From an uncultured Clostridia bacterium (lineage in GTDB: Bacteria > Bacillota > Clostridia > Christensenellales > CAG-138), in contig CAMVNO010000003.1 of the NCBI GenBank assembly GCA_947168855.1, positions 24,574 through 88,573 on the forward strand: a stretch of 64,000 bases of DNA, written 5' to 3'. Numbering within the stretch: the stretch's first letter is position 1; each line of letters starts with the position of its first letter. The notes under the pieces were generated by a model, which did no database searches, had not been told where the DNA came from, and was given only the letters and a program-made list of their open reading frames with translations. Shown here piece after piece: positions 45,803-54,141 of the stretch. Both the position numbers and the translations under genes were made by a program.

Positions 45803-46564
45803 ATGGAGAAAAGTAGCGATACCGCGCTTTATAAGTACATGCCTTATAAGTTCTTTTCCAAAATGTTGGAGGAGAGCGCGCTGACGCTTGTCGATCCTTT
45901 TCAATGCTGGGAAGATACATATGAAGGCGCTTTTTACCGTGCCATAAAAGATGAAGAAACTTTCAATTATCTTGTTTCAATTACCCGACATAAGACTGAA
46001 AGCGAGAGCGTAATCGCATCTTTTAGGCGCTTGCTATTAACTGTCAGCAGCGTTAAAGCGCAGAGCTGGACTAAAAACCGGGATGATCTCTTAATGTGGG
46101 CTGCGTACTCGAATAATAAAAGGTCTATTATGGTTCAAACGAGTATAGATAAATTGAATACCGTTTGCAAGGATAATTATCCCGCGAGCATTGATGCACT
46201 CTCTCTGCCATGGATACATGACGTTGTTTATGATTATGATAGAGAGTCTTCCATACAGTCAGATATAATACGAGCTTTCGATGCTATCGCTTTGTCAATG
46301 AATCCATATGAGCCTTTCTTACATAAGCGTACCGAACTTTCATTCGAACAGGAAGTAAGATTACTCGCTGCAGATTCAAATCAATCTAATAGAAAGACAG
46401 CAAAACTAAGGATTAATGATATCAAGGCATTCATTGATGGGGTGATGGTTCACCCTGGAGCAACAAAGCAATTTGCAGGGAAAGTCTGTAACGAATGTGA
46501 GAAATACGGGATTACATATCTTGGGAAATCACAAAAGTACGATGTTTCTTTTTTAACGGTGTAA
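45803..46564 (+). CDS. DUF2971-family protein
   Basis: LYKYMPYKFF..., LMWAAYSNNKRSIMV and FEQEVRLL motifs. ATG 45803 follows gaggag. Confidence 0.65.
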   Translation: MEKSSDTALYKYMPYKFFSKMLEESALTLVDPFQCWEDTYEGAFYRAIKDEETFNYLVSITRHKTESESVIASFRRLLLTVSSVKAQSWTKNRDDLLMWAAYSNNKRSIMVQTSIDKLNTVCKDNYPASIDALSLPWIHDVVYDYDRESSIQSDIIRAFDAIALSMNPYEPFLHKRTELSFEQEVRLLAADSNQSNRKTAKLRINDIKAFIDGVMVHPGATKQFAGKVCNECEKYGITYLGKSQKYDVSFLTV

Positions 46565-46578
46565 CCGGAGGGACAGGA

Positions 46579-49500
46579 ATGAAACTTCAATTCAAACATC
46601 AAAAATTCCAGGCGGATGCGGCGAAGGCGGTTGTGGACGTCTTTGCAGGGCAGCCGTATCTGACGCAATCGTATCTGATGGATCGCGGCAGAGGGTATCA
46701 GCGGTTGGATGAGGACGAGCGATTTACCGGTTGGCGCAATGAGCGGATCGTGCCGGAGCTGACGGATTCCATGATTCTGGATCACATTCGCAAGATCCAG
46801 CGTGTGAATCAGATCGAGCCGTCCGATCGGTTGGAGGGGCGCTATAACCTGACGATTGAGATGGAAACCGGCGTCGGCAAAACGTATACCTATATCAAGA
46901 CGATGTACGAGCTGAACAAGCAATACGGCTGGAGCAAGTTCATCGTCGTCGTGCCGAGCATTGCGATCCGCGAGGGCGTCTATAAGTCGTTCCAGATCAC
47001 GCAGGAGCATTTTGCTGAGGAATACGGGAAGAAGATCCGGTTCTTCATCTATAACTCCGCGCAGCTCACGGAGATCGATCGGTTTGCTTCTGACAATGCG
47101 ATCAACGTCATGATCATCAATTCGCAGGCGTTCAATGCGAAGGGAAAAGATGCGCGGCGCATCTATATGAAGCTCGACGAGTTCCGCAGCCGTCGCCCGA
47201 TCGACATCATTGCCAAGACGAATCCGATCCTGATCATCGACGAACCGCAGTCCGTGGAAGGCGCGGCGACAAAGGAGCGGTTGAAGGAGTTTTGCCCGCT
47301 GTTCACCCTGCGCTATTCCGCGACGCATAAGTCGGACAGTATCTATAACATGATCTATCGGCTCGATGCGATGGAGGCGTACAATAAGCGGCTGGTAAAG
47401 AAGATCGCCGTGAAGGGCATTACTGAAACGGGATCGACGGCGACGGAGGGCTATGTATACCTGCAGAGCATCAATCTGTCGAAAGCCGATCCGACGGCGA
47501 CGCTGCAGTTTGACGTCAAAGGCGCATCAGGCGTGCGTAAAAAGACGCAGATCGTCAAGATCGGAACGAATCTCTATGATCTGTCCGGCGGGCTGGAGGA
47601 GTATAAGAACAATTTCACCGTCAGCTTTATCGATGGGCGTGACGATTCCGTTTCCTTCCTGAACGGCGTGAAAATCTACGCTGGCGACGTCATCGGCAGC
47701 GTCAGCGAGGAGCAGATGCGCCGGATCCAGATCCGTGAAACGATCCTTTCGCATATTGATCGGGAACGGCAGTTGTTCCACCGGGGGATCAAGGTGCTGT
47801 CGCTGTTCTTCATCGACGAGGTTGCGCATTACAAGCAGTACGACGCCGCAGGGCAGCCGTACAACGGCATCTATGCCGATATGTTCGAGGAAGAATATGA
47901 CGATGTCATGCATTCGCTGCAGATCGCTGCAGGCGAGGAGGATTATGTCATATACCTGCAGTCGATCAAAGCAAAGGATACGCACGCCGGGTACTTCTCG
48001 ATCGACAAGAAGGGACACATGACGGACAGTAAGATCGGAGACAAGAAGGAAAAGACATCGGACGATATCGACGCTTACGATCTGATCATGAAGAATAAGG
48101 AACTGTTGCTGGACCGGGATCCGAAGAAATCGCCGGTACGGTTTATCTTTTCGCACTCGGCGCTGCGCGAGGGCTGGGACAATCCAAATGTATTCCAGAT
48201 CTGCACACTAAAGCAGAGCAGCAGTGAGGTGCGCAAGCGTCAGGAAGTCGGACGTGGACTGCGTCTGTGCGTCAATCAGGACGGCGAGCGCCAGGACATC
48301 AATGTGCTTGGCAACGATGTGCAGAACGTCAACGTGCTGACGGTTATCGCATCCGAAAGCTATGAGAGCTTCGCAAGAGAACTGCAGACAGAGCTTGCAG
48401 AGGCGGTTGCGAATCGCCCGCGTGCCGTTACGCCGGAGCTGTTTACAAATCGTGTAATCACCGATGCAAACGGTAATTCGGAGGTGATCACGCAGAACAC
48501 TGCTTTGGAGATCTGGATGAACCTGCGTATGGATGGGTACATCGACAGGGACAATGCTCTGACGGACAAGTTCTATACCGATCGTGCAAATGGGAGCGTG
48601 CATGTTATCGAGGAGGTTGCCGCTTACGGCGATTCGATCATACAGATCCTTGATTCCGTCTACAATGCCGCGGCGATGCAGCCGGAGAATGCCCGCAGCA
48701 ACAACGTGGAGCTTTCCGTCAATCGTGACAAGCTGGAGATGGCGGAGTTCAAGGCGCTCTGGAAGCGCATCAACAAGAAATCGTATTATGTCGTTGACTT
48801 CGACACGGACGAGCTGGTGCGTAATTCCGTACAGGCATTGAACACTAAACTGCGGATTCCGAAGATCTTCTTCCGCGTGACGATGGGGACGATGGATTCA
48901 ATTTCGTCGAGGGAATCACTGCAGGCAGGGGAGGCGTTTACAAAGACGTCCTCTTCCGTGCATGACGAGCATACCAGGATCGCTGCTAACCGCAGCGTGA
49001 AGTACGATCTGATTGGAAAGCTCGTGGACGCAACAGGGCTCACGAGAAAGGCGATCGTCGAGATCTTAACCGGCATCGAGAAGGATGTCTTTGATCAGTT
49101 CGCCAATAATCCGGAGGAGTTCATTCTGAAGGCGGCGGAGCTGATCAACGATCAGAAAGCGACGGCGATCATTCAGCACATCACTTACGATTTGCTGGAC
49201 GAAGAGTACAAGACGGATATCTTCACGGACGCCACGATCAAGGGCAAACTCGGCGTCAATGCGATCCGAGCGAACAAGCATTTGTATGATCATGTCGTCT
49301 ATGATTCGACGGTAGAAAAGAAACTGGCGCAGAATCTGGAGGCCAGCACAGATGTCGCTGTATATGTGAAGCTGCCGAACGGATTCTACATCTCCACGCC
49401 GGTAGGCAAGTACAATCCGGACTGGGCGATCGCGTTCTACGAGGATCACGTCAAGCACATCTACTTTGTAGCGGAGACGAAGGGCGATCTGGCATCGCTT

Positions 49501-49638
49501 GAACTGACGCATACGTCCTCGCTGGAGAAAGCAAAGATTGACTGTGCACGTCAGCACTTCAAGGCGATCAGCAACGGCGAAGTGGTTTACGACGTCATCG
49601 ACGGATATGACGCATTGTTGCAAAAGGTGATGCGGTAA
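46579..49638 (+). CDS. res: Type III restriction enzyme Res subunit (COG3587-like helicase-nuclease)
   Basis: 1019 aa. METGVGKTYTY, ILIIDEPQ, LREGWDNPNVF and a C-terminal PD-(D/E)xK (NPDWAI...VAETKG). Confidence 0.9.
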   Translation: MKLQFKHQKFQADAAKAVVDVFAGQPYLTQSYLMDRGRGYQRLDEDERFTGWRNERIVPELTDSMILDHIRKIQRVNQIEPSDRLEGRYNLTIEMETGVGKTYTYIKTMYELNKQYGWSKFIVVVPSIAIREGVYKSFQITQEHFAEEYGKKIRFFIYNSAQLTEIDRFASDNAINVMIINSQAFNAKGKDARRIYMKLDEFRSRRPIDIIAKTNPILIIDEPQSVEGAATKERLKEFCPLFTLRYSATHKSDSIYNMIYRLDAMEAYNKRLVKKIAVKGITETGSTATEGYVYLQSINLSKADPTATLQFDVKGASGVRKKTQIVKIGTNLYDLSGGLEEYKNNFTVSFIDGRDDSVSFLNGVKIYAGDVIGSVSEEQMRRIQIRETILSHIDRERQLFHRGIKVLSLFFIDEVAHYKQYDAAGQPYNGIYADMFEEEYDDVMHSLQIAAGEEDYVIYLQSIKAKDTHAGYFSIDKKGHMTDSKIGDKKEKTSDDIDAYDLIMKNKELLLDRDPKKSPVRFIFSHSALREGWDNPNVFQICTLKQSSSEVRKRQEVGRGLRLCVNQDGERQDINVLGNDVQNVNVLTVIASESYESFARELQTELAEAVANRPRAVTPELFTNRVITDANGNSEVITQNTALEIWMNLRMDGYIDRDNALTDKFYTDRANGSVHVIEEVAAYGDSIIQILDSVYNAAAMQPENARSNNVELSVNRDKLEMAEFKALWKRINKKSYYVVDFDTDELVRNSVQALNTKLRIPKIFFRVTMGTMDSISSRESLQAGEAFTKTSSSVHDEHTRIAANRSVKYDLIGKLVDATGLTRKAIVEILTGIEKDVFDQFANNPEEFILKAAELINDQKATAIIQHITYDLLDEEYKTDIFTDATIKGKLGVNAIRANKHLYDHVVYDSTVEKKLAQNLEASTDVAVYVKLPNGFYISTPVGKYNPDWAIAFYEDHVKHIYFVAETKGDLASLELTHTSSLEKAKIDCARQHFKAISNGEVVYDVIDGYDALLQKVMR

Positions 49639-49662
49639 ACATATTCAAAAGGTGTAAGATAT

Positions 49663-49695
49663 ATAAGCAATGTGCAAAATATGCACGTTGCTTAT
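49663..49695 (+). terminator. Hairpin downstream of res
   Basis: ataagcaatgtgca / aaata / tgcacgttgcttat, a 14-bp stem with one G-T pair. No strong T-run follows. Confidence 0.4.
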
Positions 49696-49814
49696 TCGCA
49701 TATACCTGTTAAGTATGATACTACTAGTGCCAGAATGCACATACTGACACGGGCACCAACTATTGCAGATTCTACAACAGTTCAAACAAAACGCAGCCGC
49801 AGAAAGAAAAGGTT

Positions 49815-50116
49815 GGATTTATCTAAATAATTAAAATCTTGCGTTAATTAGTAAAATCGGCATTGAAATTAGACAAATCTGATGAAAAGTACTCAAATCA
49901 TTATCTGAATTAGTGAAATTTAGGCAAATCGTTGCCTAAATTAGTTAAATCTGATGAAAATTACTCAAATCACCGCCTGATTTAGATAAATCTTATGGCA
50001 TTTAAGCAAATCATTTGCCTAAATTAGTGAAATTTGATTAAATTACGCAAATCATTTGCCTAAATTAGGCAAATACTTATCTAAATTAGTCAAATTCTTT
50101 TGAAATTAGACAAGAC
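49815..50116. repeat. Phased iteron-like array: about 14 copies of A(A/T)TTAGNNAAAT(C/T) at 19-22 bp spacing
   Basis: The hexamer aattag or a variant starts at 49846, 49867, 49887, 49908, 49918, 49939, 49959, 49980, 50000, 50022, 50041, 50063, 50084 and 50104. Embedded short palindromes include atttgcct-aaatt-aggcaaat. Confidence 0.85.
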
Positions 50117-50150
50117 GGATGGAGCTCCGATGGCTCATCCGTCTTTTGTT
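50112..50150 (+). terminator. Hairpin with T-run closing the iteron region
   Basis: aagacggatggagc / tccgatg / gctcatccgtctt, followed by ttgtttcgg. Confidence 0.6.
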
Positions 50151-50290
50151 TCGGTCAAATGTACGCGAAGATCGCGGAACGTATCTTCTATCGGTGCAAC
50201 GCGGCCGGCGGTGACATCGGCTTCACTTTCTGCAAGAACTTGGAGCAATTCCAGCTCGGATTGATTTTGCTTTTTCATTGGTTTGTCTTT

Positions 50291-51844
50291 TCAATTCTTA
50301 TTCTTCCGGTTCGGGAAGGAAGATTCGAGCCACGCTTCGTATTCCTCGACCGTGATCTTGCCGTCGGCGCATTCGTCACGTTTTGTGAGCGCCTGATACT
50401 TCCATTTCTTGAAATCGGCTTCCTTAATCTGCCGCACCTTTACACGCGCAGAGTAGCGCTTATAGTATTTGCTGTATAGCGCGTATTCCTTGTTTTCCGC
50501 TGCCTTCGCTCTATAGTTCTCGATTGCTGCAAGTTCCTGACAGGTGCGCGTACTGCCCTCTGCAATCCGATCACAGTAGTTTGTGTCGTAATTGCCTTTC
50601 ATAATGAAATACCTGCCACAACGCTTGCATTTGCGGAAGTGGATGTTTTCTTCCAGCATCTTCGTGAACTCCAATTCCAGCATCTCCGCCGCGGTGGAGA
50701 CATCGTATTGAATGCTCATAAAGGACGGACGGCGGATCATCATGGTAAGGTGTCCAACGTCCAATCCGTATTCTTCTGCAAATGCTTTTTCCGCTTCGGT
50801 TTCGTTTGAGGAAAACGCCTTGATGATTCTCTTGATGTATTCCTCCTGTTCCATTCCGAACGGCATACGCCTCGGGCTGCCCATGTGTTCGTGCGAGATC
50901 ATCAATTCTTCGCGACGAGTATAAGAATCGGACAGATCGTGTATATCCCGATACAAATGGTATCGTTCGCTCGGATAGAGGTTTCCGAGTACTTCGGGAT
51001 GGAAATTTTCATCATAAACGAATTCAAGAAGCTCCTGGTATTCCTTTTGCAGCGTTACCAGATAATCCGCATAGCGTCCCATCATCCTATCTGTATCTGC
51101 GTCGTATCCAACAAAACACGGCGGGAACAGCGCGGAGTAGAGGGAAGCATACAGCGCGTCGCCGAGATCGTCGCAAGTAGAGCAGAACTGAAAGTAATGC
51201 TCTACGATCTCCTGCGTCCGGTTATAAACCTTTTCCGGTTTTTCTTCCTCGATAGGTTCTGCCCCCGGAAGGTCAACATCATCCTTTTCTCTGATTCTGC
51301 GGAACAAACGATAGATAGCGTATCTTTCCTTCATCGGTGTAATGAGATCGGAATACACGAAATCCAAGATTCCTTCGCCATATCGAATGGTCACACACGT
51401 TCCGCTGAGCACATCGTTCATTGGCTGACGGATCGGCTCCTCGGCATCGTAATCAATGTTCCCGTTTTCATCTGTCGGATAGTCGGAAAAATCGGTTGGA
51501 TCGCCATGCGACGATATGCGCTCAATTTCGTATTTCTTTTGTAGCAGGGCATACTGCTCCCGATTCTTTTTTACTCTCTTTGCAGCAAATTCCTTATCTT
51601 CCGGATAATCTTTCAGCTTGACACCACGCCGTTTCTCTTGTTCGTCTTGGTACTCGTCAATAAAGCTGTCCATCGAATAATCTTCATTGAGATCATCGAC
51701 ATAAAAGCGGATCGTTCGCTTTTCTGCATCGAAACGGACCTTGTTATGGAAGTACCCTAAGATAATATCCTTCCGGTGCTCCCGCTTCATACGGTACCGG
51801 TCATACGCTGTTAATTCATATTCGGAGTAGTCTTTTTCTTTCAT
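50291..51844 (-). CDS. Hypothetical protein with C-terminal zinc ribbon (mobile-element accessory)
   Basis: About 517 aa from ATG 51844 (gaggac RBS). The CKRCGRYFIMKG...YCDR...TCQ region parallels the tail of 27449-28348. Confidence 0.7.
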   Translation of the reverse strand: MKEKDYSEYELTAYDRYRMKREHRKDIILGYFHNKVRFDAEKRTIRFYVDDLNEDYSMDSFIDEYQDEQEKRRGVKLKDYPEDKEFAAKRVKKNREQYALLQKKYEIERISSHGDPTDFSDYPTDENGNIDYDAEEPIRQPMNDVLSGTCVTIRYGEGILDFVYSDLITPMKERYAIYRLFRRIREKDDVDLPGAEPIEEEKPEKVYNRTQEIVEHYFQFCSTCDDLGDALYASLYSALFPPCFVGYDADTDRMMGRYADYLVTLQKEYQELLEFVYDENFHPEVLGNLYPSERYHLYRDIHDLSDSYTRREELMISHEHMGSPRRMPFGMEQEEYIKRIIKAFSSNETEAEKAFAEEYGLDVGHLTMMIRRPSFMSIQYDVSTAAEMLELEFTKMLEENIHFRKCKRCGRYFIMKGNYDTNYCDRIAEGSTRTCQELAAIENYRAKAAENKEYALYSKYYKRYSARVKVRQIKEADFKKWKYQALTKRDECADGKITVEEYEAWLESSFPNRKNKN

Positions 51845-52346
51845 AATGTCCTCACTGATTTGGAGAATACGGATCCTCACAATTTTGGAGTATTAACATC
51901 ACCACAAACAACATGATACAAAACTATTGTATAAATGTCAAGAACCCAATATAATTCTGCGTGGGAAATGATGATTGAGAATGATCATCATTTTTTGTTT
52001 TGTAAGCGCTTTGAAAACAGAATAACGAAAGAAAAAACGAACGATTTATGAACAGCTCCATCAGAACTGCAAAAAATGACTGTTTTTTCGCATTGTGTAT
52101 GGGAGGGCTAAAAATGCGACGAAAAAGCGAGTTATTTAAGAAACTGTGAACATTTTGCTTTTTCCTGCAAAAAATCGCTGTTTTTCCGCAATGGGTATGG
52201 AGGGACTGTTTTTGAATGCGCCCGGCAAGAGAGAACGCCGGTGCAGATACACCGTTTCCCCTGATCAAGGAAACGAGACCGTTGCCGCTTCGGGACGCCG
52301 AGGTGATAAGCACACATTACACGGATTACGAAAGGAAACCAAACGT

Positions 52347-52556
52347 ATGAACAAACCATACACAAATACAAACGAGTTGCCCTATACGCTCAGCGTAGAG
52401 GAGATGGCGGCCTTCTTAGGAATTTCCAGAGTCGGCGCTTACAATCTGAGCCACAGCAAGGGGTTCCCGTCGAAGCGGATCGGAAAGCGCATCCTGATCC
52501 CGCGAGATGAATTCCTTGCCTGGCTGAAGGAACTGCCGGAGGTGAGCAATGCATGA
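52347..52556 (+). CDS. xis: Excisionase-family HTH DNA-binding protein
   Basis: 69 aa. LSVEEMAAFLGISRVGAYNL...ILIPRDEFLAWL is the MerR-like Xis pattern. Confidence 0.75.
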   Translation: MNKPYTNTNELPYTLSVEEMAAFLGISRVGAYNLSHSKGFPSKRIGKRILIPRDEFLAWLKELPEVSNA

Positions 52557-53482
52557 GTACAAAACAGGAAAAAGAAACCATCGTTGTAATCCGCATTGAT
52601 CAGATTCAGCCGTTTCCGAATCACCCGTTTCAGGTGAACGAAGACGAAGCGATGGAACGACTGAAAGAAAGCATCGCAGAGAACGGCGTGCTCATGCCTG
52701 CGATTGTACGGCAAATGTCGGACGGATCGTTCCAGATGGTCTCCGGACACCGGCGCATGGCGGCGTGCAAAGCGCTCGGGATTGAAAAGATGCCTGCGAT
52801 CGTGCGGGATATGGACGACGATCTTGCTACCGTCACTATGGTGGACGCAAACAGCCAGCGGGAACAGATCCTCCCAAGCGAAAAGGCGTATGCGTATAAG
52901 ATGCGGCATGACGCATTGAAGCACATGCGCGCTGCGGGCACCGTTCCGGCAAACGGGCGCACGACGGAACAGGTCGGCAGGGAGAACAGCAAGAGCTTTA
53001 TGACGATTACCCGCTATATTCGAATGACGCGGCTGTTGCCCGATCTGCTGAAACTGGTGGACAGCAAGAAGCTGAAGGAAACGGCGGCGGAGCGGATTTC
53101 ATACCTCTCTGAATCGGAACAGCAGATTGTGCTGTCCATCATGCAGTCGGAATTGTGCGTACCGAACAAGGCACAGGCGAAACGCTTGAAGCAGATGCAC
53201 GACGACAGGGAACTGACGGAGGACGCAGTGAGAACTCTGCTCACGGACAGCAAGGGAAAAGCGGAGAAAGTGTCCATCCCAACGGAAACGCTCGAACGGT
53301 TCTTTACCGAAGACGAGACGCCGGCGCAGATGACGGAAACGATCGTTGCGACGATGGAGCAATGGGAAAAGCTGAAGGCGTACTTTCAAAAGGATGTTTC
53401 CCCGGCGCGCATGACGGAAATGATCGTGAAAATGCTCGAGAACGAAAAACGCCGTCAGCGCAGCAAAGCACAGGAGCGATAA
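52553..53482 (+). CDS. ParB-like N-terminal domain protein
   Basis: GVLMPAIVRQ...MVSGHRRMAACKALG...ILPSEKAYAY. Paralogous to 31890-32780. Confidence 0.85.
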   Translation: MSTKQEKETIVVIRIDQIQPFPNHPFQVNEDEAMERLKESIAENGVLMPAIVRQMSDGSFQMVSGHRRMAACKALGIEKMPAIVRDMDDDLATVTMVDANSQREQILPSEKAYAYKMRHDALKHMRAAGTVPANGRTTEQVGRENSKSFMTITRYIRMTRLLPDLLKLVDSKKLKETAAERISYLSESEQQIVLSIMQSELCVPNKAQAKRLKQMHDDRELTEDAVRTLLTDSKGKAEKVSIPTETLERFFTEDETPAQMTETIVATMEQWEKLKAYFQKDVSPARMTEMIVKMLENEKRRQRSKAQER

Positions 53483-53716
53483 TCGACCGCAGGGCAGAGC
53501 GGCAATCCTGAAAGGCGGACATGTGCTTGGGCGACCGTGTAACACCGTGTTACACGATGGAATTCCCTAAGGCAGCACAAGGTTTACGGTGCGGGGAGGC
53601 AACTCCCCGCGCCGATCCCGGACACGGAAATGATAGCATTCTTTCCGAAAATGATAGCTTTTTTGAGGTTGAAACCGGGACGGCAGATTTGATCCCGTTA
53701 GGGATTAACAAGCATG

Positions 53717-53757
53717 GGATTGTGGTAGCACAATCCGTCCGTAAGGGAGCGCCCTTA
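53717..53757 (+). promoter_or_regulatory. Candidate oriT (inverted repeat plus nic-like sequence)
   Basis: Inverted repeat ggattgtg/gtag/cacaatcc (53717-53736), followed 4 nt later by GTAAGGGAGCGCCCTTA. This resembles the MOBQ nic region TAAGTGCGCCCT of RSF1010 as I recall it. A further perfect palindrome cgtgtaacac-c-gtgttacacg lies at 53536-53556. Confidence 0.4.
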
Positions 53758-53787
53758 AACCCCTGCAAGAGAAAACGGAGGTAAAAA

Positions 53788-54141
53788 ATGTTGAAACGAA
53801 GCATTCAAATCAACTTCCGCGTCGATGCGGAAGAACAGGAACTCATAAAGACAAAAGCGAAAAGATGCGGACTGTCCATTGCGAAGTATCTGCGGTTTCT
53901 GATTCACGACTGCATTCCGAAGGAACAGCCGCTGGCGGATTACAAAGTGCTGATCCGCGAGCTGCACGCGATTGGGAACAGCATGAATCAGATTGCGGCA
54001 AGAGCGAACGCAACGGGGTATATCGCATCGAAAGAATACGCGGAGAACGCAGAAAAGCTGAACGAGGCAATCCTGAACATACAGGAAGCAGTTACAGGAC
54101 CGGAGGTAATGCATGGCGACGACGAAGATATGGCCGGTTAA
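53788..54141 (+). CDS. mobC: MobC-family relaxosome accessory protein
   Basis: IQINFRVDAEEQELIKTKAKRCGLSIAKYLRFL is an RHH pattern. Overlaps the relaxase start. Confidence 0.85.
   Translation: MLKRSIQINFRVDAEEQELIKTKAKRCGLSIAKYLRFLIHDCIPKEQPLADYKVLIRELHAIGNSMNQIAARANATGYIASKEYAENAEKLNEAILNIQEAVTGPEVMHGDDEDMAG

Noticed and set aside
49815-50116. Possible CRISPR array
   Set aside because: The repeat units are only ~14 nt, degenerate and spaced ~21 bp apart, so there is no room for spacers. There are no cas genes. I interpret the array as iterons or protein-binding sites. The same reasoning applies to 22850-22965.
53521-53804. 87-aa (+) and 84-aa (-) ORFs between the ParB-like gene and mobC
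   Set aside because: The region is dense in palindromes consistent with oriT or regulatory DNA. The ORFs lack an RBS and have odd composition.
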